This document shows positions 8,976-17,919 of a stretch of DNA of 40,700 bases, in pieces. Source of the stretch: Ktedonobacterales bacterium (GTDB lineage: Bacteria > Chloroflexota > Ktedonobacteria > Ktedonobacterales > JADMIN01); the NCBI GenBank assembly GCA_036383155.1, contig DASVOW010000411.1, positions 1 through 40,700 on the forward strand. The letters run 5' to 3'. The position numbers were made by a program, and so were the translations under genes. The number at the start of each line of letters is the position of its first letter. Positions within the stretch are counted from its first letter, which is position 1. The notes beneath the pieces are model-generated. The model was not told the DNA's origin and did no database searches. It worked only from the letters and a program-made list of their open reading frames with translations.

Positions 8976-10529
8976 ATGCTAGCAAAGGCGAGTACATGTG
9001 CGGTAATAGGGTTGGAAGGGGCCCGCGTCGAAGTCGAAGTGGACATTGGCCATGGACTACCCGCCTTTACCATCGTTGGTCTCCCTGACACCGCCGTCAA
9101 CGAAGCCAAGGAACGTGTGCGCGCCGCCATCAAGAATAGCGGCGGCATCTTCCCACTACGCCGTATCACCGTCAACCTCGCCCCCGCTGACCTACGCAAA
9201 GCTGGCCCCGCCTATGATCTGCCCATTGCGGTCGCCATTATGATGGCTTCCGAGCAAATTGCTCCACTCAGCGCCAGCGGCGCCGTTGCCATGGCAGACG
9301 ACTGTCTCTTCCTTGGCGAGCTCAGTCTTGACGGCAGCCTGCGCCATACACACGGCATCCTGCCCATGGTCACCATGGCTCGCGAACGTCAGCTCTCGTC
9401 TGTCTTCGTCCCTGCTATAGATGCACCCGAGGCGGCACTGGTCGAAGATGTCACTGTCTACCCTGTCCAACACCTCGCGCAGCTCTCGGCTCACCTGCGC
9501 GGCGAGCAGCTCATTACGCCATACGTACCCGACCCATCCCTGCTTACCAATACTAGCGACACGCTCTATCCTTACGATCTTGCTGATGTCCGTGGCCAGG
9601 AACATGTCAAGCGCGCGCTGGAGGTGGCGGCTAGTGGAGCACACAACATTCTCATGTCGGGCCCTCCCGGCTCTGGCAAGACCTTACTCGCCCGCACATT
9701 GCCCTCCATCCTGCCGCATCTCACCTTGGACGAAGCACTGGATGTCACCAAGCTCTACAGTGTGAGCGGATTGCTTGCAACAGACGAACCGCTGATCAAT
9801 CAACGTCCGTTCCGCTCACCACACCACACCATCAGCCATGCGGGCCTCGTCGGCGGTGGACGCATGCCACGTCCCGGTGAGATCTCTCTCGCCCATCGCG
9901 GCGTACTCTTCCTCGATGAGCTGCCAGAGTTTGGTCAAAACGTCCTGGAGGTGATGCGCCAGCCGCTAGAAGACCATGTCGTCACGATTAGCCGTGCCCA
10001 GGGCACCGTCACTTTCCCTGCTAACTTCATGCTCGTCGGAGCAATGAATCCCTGCCCATGCGGTTATCTCGGGGACCCAACACGCGAGTGCACCTGCTCT
10101 CCCACCACGATTGCGCGCTATCAGAAACGCCTGTCCGGTCCCCTGCTCGACCGGATCGACATTCACGTCGAAGTGCCTCGCGTAGAATACGAGAAGCTCA
10201 CCGACCGGCGGGCAGGTGAGCATTCTGCCGATGTACGAGCGCGGGTGCTGGCCTCACGTGAGCGCCAGGCGCGACGCTTTGCCACCCTTCCCCGCATTAC
10301 CTGCAATGCCGACATGGGGCCTGCCGAGGTACGCCAGTTCTGTGATGTCGAGCCAGCGGCTGAGCCCCTGCTCAAGGCTGCTATGCAACGCCTCCAACTC
10401 TCGGCCCGTGCCTTCCACCGTATCCTCAAGCTCGCGCGCACCATCGCCGACCTTGCGGGTTCAGACGTCATCGCCGCGCCTCATCTGGCCGAGGCGCTAC
10501 AATACCGCCCCCGTATCCAAACTGGCTAA
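8976..10529 (+). CDS. comM: YifB/ComM-family Mg-chelatase-like AAA+ ATPase
   Basis: MLAKASTCAVIGLEG...VEVDI N-terminus (Lon-protease-like domain), Walker A GPPGSGKT, GVLFLDELPEF, LLDRIDIHVEV, and a C-terminal ChlI-like helix bundle. GGAAGGA lies 7 nt upstream of ATG 8976. The track ORF begins 28 codons earlier, at 8892. Confidence 0.9.
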   Translation: MLAKASTCAVIGLEGARVEVEVDIGHGLPAFTIVGLPDTAVNEAKERVRAAIKNSGGIFPLRRITVNLAPADLRKAGPAYDLPIAVAIMMASEQIAPLSASGAVAMADDCLFLGELSLDGSLRHTHGILPMVTMARERQLSSVFVPAIDAPEAALVEDVTVYPVQHLAQLSAHLRGEQLITPYVPDPSLLTNTSDTLYPYDLADVRGQEHVKRALEVAASGAHNILMSGPPGSGKTLLARTLPSILPHLTLDEALDVTKLYSVSGLLATDEPLINQRPFRSPHHTISHAGLVGGGRMPRPGEISLAHRGVLFLDELPEFGQNVLEVMRQPLEDHVVTISRAQGTVTFPANFMLVGAMNPCPCGYLGDPTRECTCSPTTIARYQKRLSGPLLDRIDIHVEVPRVEYEKLTDRRAGEHSADVRARVLASRERQARRFATLPRITCNADMGPAEVRQFCDVEPAAEPLLKAAMQRLQLSARAFHRILKLARTIADLAGSDVIAAPHLAEALQYRPRIQTG

Positions 10530-10618
10530 ACACTCCACGCCGGACAGCAGCGTCACCTACTCAAACTGATCTGACCCTGAAGTAGAATCGATCCGTGCAT
10601 CTCGTGTTCGCCATATCG

Positions 10619-11026
10619 TTACGGCAACACAGCATCCACATCGAGTTCAACGCCACCTGTGATAGGCATGTGCCCTTTGCCATCGATGTGATTGTGCTCA
10701 TCCACTAGGACGACACGCGGCTTCCAATTGGGTGGAACGGGATCCTCCACCTGAACATACGACATGACAATAACCAGATCGCCCACTTGGACGAGATGGG
10801 CAGCAGCCCCATTCAACTGAACCACGCCCCCGCCACGCTCTCCCTCAATGGCATAGGTTTCGAGCCGGTTGCCATTGCTGATATCCACGACTTGGACGCG
10901 CTCGAAAGGCAGAATATTTGCCGCCTCCATAAGTACGGGATCCAGGGTGATAGAGCCAATATAGTGCAGATCCGCACCCGTCACGGTGGCGCGGTGAATC
11001 TTTCCGTTGAGTAATGTGCGCAACAT
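10619..11026 (-). CDS. panD: aspartate 1-decarboxylase proenzyme
   Basis: [29 protein letters not shown]...[40 protein letters not shown] follows PanD along its length, including the G-S self-cleavage site. The 50-codon N-terminal extension of track ORF 10619..11176 has no PanD counterpart. Confidence 0.9.
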   Translation of the reverse strand: MLRTLLNGKIHRATVTGADLHYIGSITLDPVLMEAANILPFERVQVVDISNGNRLETYAIEGERGGGVVQLNGAAAHLVQVGDLVIVMSYVQVEDPVPPNWKPRVVLVDEHNHIDGKGHMPITGGVELDVDAVLP

Positions 11027-11195
11027 GCGATGTCTTGTTCTCCTGAAGTGATTGGCGCTGGCCATGATGCCGCACCATAGCTCATCATACCGCATCATCT
11101 CATGTGATGGAGCATATTCGCACCCGCTACGATTCCCACATACCCACAACACACCTGGACTCTCCGAAATTGTCACATGATTGCTATACTGGCTG

Positions 11196-11210
11196 TGGTA
11201 TGGATTCTGC
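11196..11210 (+). promoter_or_regulatory. weak sigma-54-type -24/-12 candidate (TGGTATG-N4-CTGC)
   Basis: TGGTATGGATTCTGC has GG and GC separated by the canonical 10 nt. It lies ~195 nt upstream of ATG 11405 of the MFS gene, in the same orientation. Confidence 0.2.
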
Positions 11211-11404
11211 CATCAGTTTTCACATTGCACCATCGCGAAAGAGCGACCACAGGATGTGGCAAGGTACGATGAGAAACATTTACTCAGAGAGGGAAACTGC
11301 ACAGAGCGAGCTTCGAGACGTGAGCATATGCGCATGCATCATACGCATCTCTCAGTAGGCTCGCCATTGAGCAGACAAGAGAGTAGTAAAGGAGTCGTAT
11401 CAGC

Positions 11405-12928
11405 ATGGCAAGCGCTCCCTATAGCATGCAGGCAGAGAATACGGGGACGAGAGGTGTCAAGGCAGTCGTCACGGACATTCCCGCCCGGATGGATCGGCTA
11501 CCATGGAGCAGGTGGCACTGGCTCGTAGTCATCGCCTTAGGCATCACCTGGATTCTCGACGGCCTGGAGGTGACAATTGTCGGCTCCATCGCGAGTGTGT
11601 TGACGCTGCCAGAAACACTACACTTAAGCGACGTGCAAGTATCAGGTGCTGGTACAGCCTACCTGATCGGTGCCGTGCTTGGTGCTCTGTTCTTCGGACG
11701 CCTCACCGACAAATGGGGACGCAAGAGACTCTTCATGATTACCCTGGGCTTGTATCTCGTTGCAACAGTGCTCACGGCGTTTTCAATGAACTTCGTGTGG
11801 TTCGCAGCGTGCCGGTTCCTCACAGGTGCAGGCATCGGTGGCGAATATGCCGCGATTAACTCAGCCATCGACGAGCTTATCCCTGCACGCGTACGCGGGT
11901 GGACTGACCTCGCCATCAACGGCACCTGGTGGGTCGGCACGGCAGTCGGCGCCGCCGCCACGGTTGTCCTGCTAAATCCCAACTTTCTGCCTATCAATGT
12001 TGGCTGGCGCCTTGCGTTCGGCATGGGCGCCATACTCGGCCTGGCGATCCTGTTAGTGCGGCGACACGTACCCGAGAGTCCGCGCTGGCTCATGATGCAT
12101 GGCCGCTTCGATGAAGCCAATCAAGTTGTTCGCATGATCGAAACCGAAGTGATGAAGGACGAACACGTCACGTCGTTACCTCCGCCGGGGCCACCCATCC
12201 GCATTCGTCCACGCGGCACCGTAAGCTTTCGCGAAATTGCCCACACCATGTTCAAGCTCTATCCCAAACGGGCTGTCTTGGGCCTCTCGTTAATGGCAGG
12301 GCAGGCGTTCCTTTACAACGCCATCTTCTTCACCTATGCCCTGGTGCTCAGCACGTTCTATCACATACCCTCCAACACTGTCGGCTTGTATCTGATCCCG
12401 TTTGCCATCGGCAACATCTTGGGGCCGCTGACCATCGGGCGACTCTTCGACACCATTGGGCGACGGCAAATGATCAGTTTCACCTACATCATTTCAGGCG
12501 TCCTACTGGCGATCACTGGCTGGCTCTTCCTGCAGGGCATCCTGAATGCGGTGACACAGACCATTTGCTGGTCGATCATCTTCTTCTTCGCATCAGCGGG
12601 CGCCAGCTCAGCCTATCTAACGGTGAGTGAAATCTTTCCGCTGGAGACACGCGCCATGGCCATCGCGTTCTTCTACGCGATTGGCACTGCTATTGGCGGC
12701 GCACTCGCGCCAGTGATCTTCGGCGCGCTCATCGGTACAGGTAAGCCGATCAACCTGTTCTATGGCTATCTCTTCGGTGCTGCCCTTATGGCTGCCGCCG
12801 GTGTAGTGGAGATCATTTTCGGTGTCAATGCTGAGCGCAAGTCGCTCGAATCCATCGCCGCGCCGCTCTCCGCCGCCGAGGCTGAGGAAGAAGGGCTGTC
12901 GCCCCAGATGCAGTCTGGCATGGCGTAG
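11405..12928 (+). CDS. MFS transporter (sugar-porter / metabolite:H+ symporter-like)
   Basis: 507-aa ORF with 12 hydrophobic segments and the GRLTDKWGRKRLF loop 2-3 motif. The N-terminal MDRLPWSRWHW segment is typical of this MFS subgroup. AAGGAG lies ~10 nt upstream. Confidence 0.85.
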   Translation: MASAPYSMQAENTGTRGVKAVVTDIPARMDRLPWSRWHWLVVIALGITWILDGLEVTIVGSIASVLTLPETLHLSDVQVSGAGTAYLIGAVLGALFFGRLTDKWGRKRLFMITLGLYLVATVLTAFSMNFVWFAACRFLTGAGIGGEYAAINSAIDELIPARVRGWTDLAINGTWWVGTAVGAAATVVLLNPNFLPINVGWRLAFGMGAILGLAILLVRRHVPESPRWLMMHGRFDEANQVVRMIETEVMKDEHVTSLPPPGPPIRIRPRGTVSFREIAHTMFKLYPKRAVLGLSLMAGQAFLYNAIFFTYALVLSTFYHIPSNTVGLYLIPFAIGNILGPLTIGRLFDTIGRRQMISFTYIISGVLLAITGWLFLQGILNAVTQTICWSIIFFFASAGASSAYLTVSEIFPLETRAMAIAFFYAIGTAIGGALAPVIFGALIGTGKPINLFYGYLFGAALMAAAGVVEIIFGVNAERKSLESIAAPLSAAEAEEEGLSPQMQSGMA

Positions 12929-12980
12929 CCGTACACCGTTTCTCAGGTATCACGTGCCGGTTCGAGATGAACCACACAAC

Positions 12981-13009
12981 GAGGGCGTCTCCTATCAGGG
13001 AACGCCCTC
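12981..13009. terminator. hairpin downstream of the MFS gene
   Basis: GAGGGCGT (12981..12988) pairs with ACGCCCTC (13002..13009), with a 13-nt loop and no U-tract. Confidence 0.4.
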
Positions 13010-13650
13010 ATCGCATAGGAAGCAAACACACCCAGCTATTAATCCCATTTGCCGCCGCCTGCCACAACGTAGGCGATGTCCAATTGAAGTAGAGCAGACT
13101 TGGCGGCTGCTTCGGATCGGGATGAAAAGTCAACAGCGACGCTACGGCACTATCCATCTAGATCAGTGGGACGCACACCAGCCATATACCCCAGCGGTAT
13201 GCCAATGTAGTGGGCGACGAACATCTCGACGAAATCGGCATGCGTTACCAGCGCGACCCACTCCCCCACATCTCCTGCGGGCCGCCACTCTGCTGCCCGC
13301 GCTGCGCGCTTCTGCGCGCTAGCGAGGCTCCCCACACCCACCGAAGCACGCAGCGGTTCGGTGACAAAACGCCGCCAGGCGGGCTCACCCGTGTTTCGTA
13401 ATGATGCAGGTCGCGTCCGTGGCTACGCCCTGCCGGAACCCCGAGGCGAAGAGCCACAGAGACCCGCTGTTCCTATCCCCCTCACGCCTTCGCGTGCTAC
13501 ATGTCACAATCACATCGGAGTACGATGCACTGATGAGAATTTTTCGCTCGGCAGCCACGCCCCAGCGCGCCACCCTCCCATTCACTGCCATCTCACACTG
13601 CCCAGATGCGTGCGTCGTGGGCATAGTCGATAAAGGGACAAGTTGCCTCG
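13008..13650 (-). pseudogene. decayed histidine-phosphatase (phosphoglycerate-mutase-like) gene with frame breaks
   Basis: One minus-strand frame reads GEPAWRRFVTEPLRAS...GEWVALVTHADFVEMFVAHYIGIPLGYMAG and stops at TAG 13150..13152. The expected tail ASLLTFHPDPKQPPSLLYFNWTSPTL continues one base out of frame to TGA 13008..13010. Upstream pieces (GRVARWGVAAERKILISASYSDVIVTCSTRRREG) lie in a third frame, where I find no RHG catalytic motif. The left and right limits are approximate. Confidence 0.4.
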
Positions 13651-13741
13651 CAATGAAGCACGTCACAGCGCACCTCGTCTCTCCTAGACAGGCGTACGAT
13701 TTTCGGCGCAGCGACGCTGATCTACACGAAAGACGGGGATA

Positions 13742-15142
13742 GTGGATACAACGGACAGGAATCGTACAGGCGAACAAGCACATGAGCGAGATACATCCGG
13801 TGCTCAGCTTTACCCTACAGAGCATTCGACACTCACACAGTCGCTGGGAGATGCACTACCAAAGCCAGCCGCTGCGCCAGCCTTGCTCTCTTCATCCGTA
13901 CCAACCAGTTCCTCGACGTACGATGCGTATGCTGCGCTGCGTTTCCGCGAGTTTCGCCTACTCGCCGCTGGGCGCTTTCTTGCGGCGCTTGGCGAGCAAA
14001 TGTTAGGCGTCGCCGTCGGCTGGGAGCTGTACGAGCGCACGCACTCGGCGCTCGCGCTCGGCCTCGTCGGACTGGTCCAGGTGTTGCCAATATTCATGCT
14101 CGCGCTCCCAGCCGGCCACATAGCAGACCGCTTCGAGCGCAAGCGCATCGTACTCGGCACGGCAGTCCTGCTTGCCTTGGGTGCCATCGGCCTAGCCCTC
14201 CTGTCGTACAGTCACGGTTCGCTGCCACTATTCTATGGTAGCCTGCTCTTGATCGGCATGGCGAACGCATTCGCTGGCCCTGCGAGTTCGACGCTTCTCC
14301 CGCAGACGGTCCCTCCTGCTATCTTTACGAATGCCGCCACCTGGAGCAGTAGCTCATGGCAAGTTGCTGCTGTGATCGGCCCAGCACTCAGCGGCGGACT
14401 CATTGCCCTTAATCATAGTGCCACGCCGGTATACCTATTGGTAGCGCTCGCCAACATTATCGTAGTCGTCATGACCACCGTGATGCGCAGCCGTCAGCAA
14501 TCACACGCCGACGAGGCACCCACCGTGCAGTCCATGCTTGCCGGCGTCGGTTTCATCCGTCGCAGCAAAGTGATCCTGGCAGCCATCACGCTGGATCTCT
14601 TCGCCGTCCTCTTCGGTGGCGCGGTGACGCTGTTGCCAATCTTCGCCGACGACTATCTGCATGTCGGCGCAGCAGGTCTTGGCCTCTTGCGTGCAGCCCC
14701 ATCTCTAGGTGCGGTCGGCATGGCTCTCACCCTTGCACACCTACCCCCGTTGAGGCACGCCGGCAAGACACTCCTCTGGGCAGTCGCGGGATTTGGCATT
14801 GCCACCATCGTCTTTGGCATTTCACGCTCATTTCTCCTATCGCTTGCCATGCTTGCGGTGCTTGGCGCACTTGATAATGTCAGCGTCGTCATCCGCAGCA
14901 CGCTACTCTTGATACACGTACCCGACGATCTCCGCGGGCGCATCTCCGCGGTAAATAACGTCTTCGTGGGCGCCTCCAATGAGCTAGGCGGTTTCGAGTC
15001 CGGCCTCACCGCAGCCCTCATCGGCCCCGTCCTCTCAGTCATAGGTGGCGGCGTTGGCACAATCCTCGTCGTCATCGTGGTCGCCCTCATCTGGCCTGAG
15101 ATGCGGCGACTGCGGCAGATCACCAGCATTGATATACACTGA
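13742..15142 (+). CDS. MFS transporter (EntS/DUF894-like subgroup)
   Basis: 466-aa ORF with a GTG start. FREFRLLAAGRFLAALGEQMLGVAVGW and AGHIADRFERKRIV are typical of the MFS_3 group, and 12 hydrophobic segments are present. No in-frame ATG precedes the first helix. Confidence 0.8.
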   Translation: MDTTDRNRTGEQAHERDTSGAQLYPTEHSTLTQSLGDALPKPAAAPALLSSSVPTSSSTYDAYAALRFREFRLLAAGRFLAALGEQMLGVAVGWELYERTHSALALGLVGLVQVLPIFMLALPAGHIADRFERKRIVLGTAVLLALGAIGLALLSYSHGSLPLFYGSLLLIGMANAFAGPASSTLLPQTVPPAIFTNAATWSSSSWQVAAVIGPALSGGLIALNHSATPVYLLVALANIIVVVMTTVMRSRQQSHADEAPTVQSMLAGVGFIRRSKVILAAITLDLFAVLFGGAVTLLPIFADDYLHVGAAGLGLLRAAPSLGAVGMALTLAHLPPLRHAGKTLLWAVAGFGIATIVFGISRSFLLSLAMLAVLGALDNVSVVIRSTLLLIHVPDDLRGRISAVNNVFVGASNELGGFESGLTAALIGPVLSVIGGGVGTILVVIVVALIWPEMRRLRQITSIDIH

Positions 15143-15290
15143 GTAGGACACTATTACGGGGTCATCGTCCAGAAAGCAGGACACCATCGCTTTCATAAGC
15201 GGCGATGCCTTGAAGTAGTCCAGAACTCCTATTATGCTAAACGAGTCCCCATGTCACACTGCTAGATTGAGAGGGGATGCAAGGAGACAT

Positions 15291-15860
15291 ATGCCGCCCA
15301 AACGCTCTACCCCATCCGGTGACAACCCGGATGAAATCTTTGATCTGATCGACGTTGACGACCGTGTGATCGGTCGCGTGCGGCGGGGCGATGCACACCG
15401 CAATCCGTCGCTGCTGCATCGAAGTGTACAGGTGCTTGTCTTCAGTTCGAATGGCCGGCTCCTCCTGCAGCATCGTTCACAGAGTAAAGATCTCTTCCCT
15501 GATTACTACTCCGCCTCGGCCTCCGGCCATGTCGATAGTGGTGAGGACTACGCAACCGCCGCTTCACGAGAAGCGAGCGAGGAGTTGGGCGTCTCGCTAC
15601 CGTTGACCTTCGTAAGCAAGACGCTGGTACACTCCGACATGGAGACGGAGATGACCGCCGTCTTTCTCGCCCGCTCAGATGGTCCGTTTCACTTCCATCC
15701 CACCGAGACGCAGGGTGGTGAATTCTTTTCGCTGGAGCAGGTGCGGGAGGCTCGGTCAACGGAAAAGGTGCCTATGACGCCTGCACTCCTCGCCGCGCTC
15801 ACTGAATTAGAACGTTTCACACAAGAGCGCCCACTTGTCACGCTGCTCGCGGCGCTTTGA
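15291..15860 (+). CDS. NUDIX hydrolase (IDI/YfcD-like)
   Basis: Nudix box GHVDSGEDYATAASREASEELGV. AAGGAGA ends 4 nt before ATG 15291. The track ORF starts 19 codons earlier, at 15234. Confidence 0.8.
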   Translation: MPPKRSTPSGDNPDEIFDLIDVDDRVIGRVRRGDAHRNPSLLHRSVQVLVFSSNGRLLLQHRSQSKDLFPDYYSASASGHVDSGEDYATAASREASEELGVSLPLTFVSKTLVHSDMETEMTAVFLARSDGPFHFHPTETQGGEFFSLEQVREARSTEKVPMTPALLAALTELERFTQERPLVTLLAAL

Positions 15861-15978
15861 CCCCGCTGCTCATTCGGAGTATAGTGAAGGGAATGCATGG
15901 TAGATACGGTGAGTCAGCAGTGCGGCGCAATGCCTCCCAATTGAAAGCGGCTTCCGTAGAAATGAGGAGTATAGGACA

Positions 15979-16320
15979 ATGGCGGAAGAAACGACGCCTG
16001 TGGAAATAATTGGCGAAACAAACATTGATGTGGACGAGGTGTTTGCTGCTCTGCGCGAGTGCTATGACCCCGAGATCCCCGTCAATGTGGTCGATCTTGG
16101 GCTCATCTACAATGTACGCATCGAGGGGCCAAAGGTCGACATCACGATGACACTCACTGCTGTCTTCTGCCCGGTCGGGCCGGAAGTGATGGCTGAGGTC
16201 GAGGGCCGTGTAAAAGATGTTCCCAACGTTGAAGCATGCACGGTTACACTGACCTATGAACCGCCCTGGTCGCCTGACCGCATGAGCGAAGATGCCCGCT
16301 GGGAGCTCGGAATCGGATAG
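15979..16320 (+). CDS. DUF59/MIP18-family Fe-S cluster assembly factor (SufT/PaaD-like)
   Basis: DPEIPVNVVDLGLIYNV, ITMTLTAVFCPVG and YEPPWSPDRMSEDARWELG match the DUF59 pattern. GAGGAG lies upstream of the ATG. Confidence 0.8.
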   Translation: MAEETTPVEIIGETNIDVDEVFAALRECYDPEIPVNVVDLGLIYNVRIEGPKVDITMTLTAVFCPVGPEVMAEVEGRVKDVPNVEACTVTLTYEPPWSPDRMSEDARWELGIG

Positions 16321-16341
16321 TATTTCATGCCATAGGATTTC

Positions 16342-16374
16342 CCAGGCGCAACCTATCGCTCAAGTTGCGCCTGG
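16342..16374 (+). terminator. perfect 11-bp-stem hairpin after the DUF59 gene
   Basis: CCAGGCGCAAC (16342..16352) pairs with GTTGCGCCTGG (16364..16374), with an 11-nt loop and no U-tract. Confidence 0.45.
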
Positions 16375-16458
16375 CAGTAACCAAGATACATATCCCTGGC
16401 ATAACCGGACACCAGGATGAGCCCGGCAGTAGATCAGTATGAAGCGGGTTGATACATC

Positions 16459-17904
16459 ATGTATTTGGAACAAGCACAGCTCCCTGGGACGCAGCAGTCG
16501 CTCACCATCTCGGCTAAACTCATCGCGTCGATCAAGATCCTGCAATGTTCAGCCGAAGAGTTAGAGCAATCTATCGCCCGCGAGCTCAGCGAGAATCCGG
16601 CACTCGAAGTAGATGAGCTGGCCCAGTGCCAGCGCTGCGGCTCACCGTTGCGCTCCGGCCTTTGCCCCACATGTGATCGCTCGCGCAACGATGATGCCGA
16701 TCCACGCCGTGACCTGGCCAATTGGGACGATGATGGCCCGATTCACAGTGTCGATCTCGCTGTTGGCGAAGATAGCGATTATGACCCGCTCGACTTCGTA
16801 CGCACGGGCGCCACGCTCCATGACCACCTGATGCGACAGCTCTGCGCCATCATCGACGACATGGACGAACCCATAGCCGAATATCTCGTCGGCAGCCTCA
16901 ACTCACATGGCTATGTGACTGTCTCCCCAGCCGAAGTCGCCGAAACGTTGCGGATTCCCGAAGTACGAGTCGATGCAGTGCTTGCCGCCCTCCAAACGTT
17001 AGATCCGCCCGGCATCGGTGCCCGTAATCTCAGAGAGTGCCTGCTGATCCAGCTGCACACCTTCGAGGAGCAGGGTAAAGTGCCGCCTGCGGCTCGCCTT
17101 CTGTTAGAGAGTCACCTGGTAGCACTCGGCGAGCGACACTTCGCAGATATAGCTCGCGAGATTGGTGTCAGCAGTACCCAGGTCAAACAGGCGTGGCGTT
17201 TCATCCGCTCTAACCTCAACCCGTACCCCGCGCACACCTTCGAGTCAGCCGACGTCCCCGACATTGGGCTCACCCTTGGATCTGAGCGGAGCGTTCTTGT
17301 GCGGCCCGATGTTGTTATTCGGCGCACCGAACACGGCTTCGAGGCCGAGATCGTCGAGCAACGCCGGTTCCGTTTCGACATCAATTCCCTGTATTCCCAG
17401 CTCTACCGCCAGAACAGAACCGCCGCTGCGCGCAGCGCTATCAACGAGCAAGATCGCCAGCATGTCCGTCAATATGCTACGCGTGCCCGCTTCTTTATGG
17501 ACTGTATTCGCCAGCGCTGGGAGACACTCAGCCTCATCGCCAACGCGCTCATCGAATTCCAGCACGATTTCCTCGAGCAGGGCGTTCGCCACCTGCGCCC
17601 ACTGACGCGCGGCGAGCTTGCCAACCATGTCGGCCTACACGAATCCACCGTCAGCCGCGCTACCGCCAACAAATATGTTCTACTGCCCAGCGGGCGCACA
17701 ATTCCTTTCGATGACTTCTTCGATGGCTCTCTCGCGGCCAAGGACATGCTTCGAGAGTTCATCACCTCAGAGGACGCCAAGAAACCTTACAGCGATGAAG
17801 ACCTTGCAGCGCTCCTGCATGAGCATGGATTACCACTCGCCCGCCGCACTGTGGCTAAGTATCGCGAGGCCATCGGAATCCTACCTTCACGTTTCCGTAT
17901 CTAG
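16459..17904 (+). CDS. rpoN: RNA polymerase sigma-54 factor
   Basis: Region I LTISAKLIASIKILQCSAEELEQSIARELSENPALE, a core-binding domain (DPPGIGARNLRECLLIQL), a C-terminal HTH, and the RpoN box ARRTVAKYREAIGI. Confidence 0.9.
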   Translation: MYLEQAQLPGTQQSLTISAKLIASIKILQCSAEELEQSIARELSENPALEVDELAQCQRCGSPLRSGLCPTCDRSRNDDADPRRDLANWDDDGPIHSVDLAVGEDSDYDPLDFVRTGATLHDHLMRQLCAIIDDMDEPIAEYLVGSLNSHGYVTVSPAEVAETLRIPEVRVDAVLAALQTLDPPGIGARNLRECLLIQLHTFEEQGKVPPAARLLLESHLVALGERHFADIAREIGVSSTQVKQAWRFIRSNLNPYPAHTFESADVPDIGLTLGSERSVLVRPDVVIRRTEHGFEAEIVEQRRFRFDINSLYSQLYRQNRTAAARSAINEQDRQHVRQYATRARFFMDCIRQRWETLSLIANALIEFQHDFLEQGVRHLRPLTRGELANHVGLHESTVSRATANKYVLLPSGRTIPFDDFFDGSLAAKDMLREFITSEDAKKPYSDEDLAALLHEHGLPLARRTVAKYREAIGILPSRFRI

Positions 17905-17919
17905 TCCTGCATACTCGCC

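Noticed and set aside
10619-11176. Long forms of several track ORFs (panD 185 aa; 24696..25862; 25699..26940; 8892..10529; 15234..15860; 21971..23320; 33721..35487)
   Set aside because: In each case the family homology starts at an internal Met that has its own purine-rich SD, and the upstream extension is Cys/Arg/His-rich non-protein-like sequence.
13420-13434. TGGCTACGCCCTGCC as a sigma-54 promoter for the MFS gene at 13742
   Set aside because: The GG-to-GC spacing is 9 nt rather than 10, and the element lies inside the pseudogene remnant ~300 nt from the start codon.
13385-13825. 146-aa minus-strand ORF overlapping the start of the MFS gene at 13742
   Set aside because: Only its C-terminal third resembles protein (pieces of the decayed histidine phosphatase). 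The remainder is Cys-rich and overlaps the MFS upstream region and start. It is treated as part of the pseudogene.
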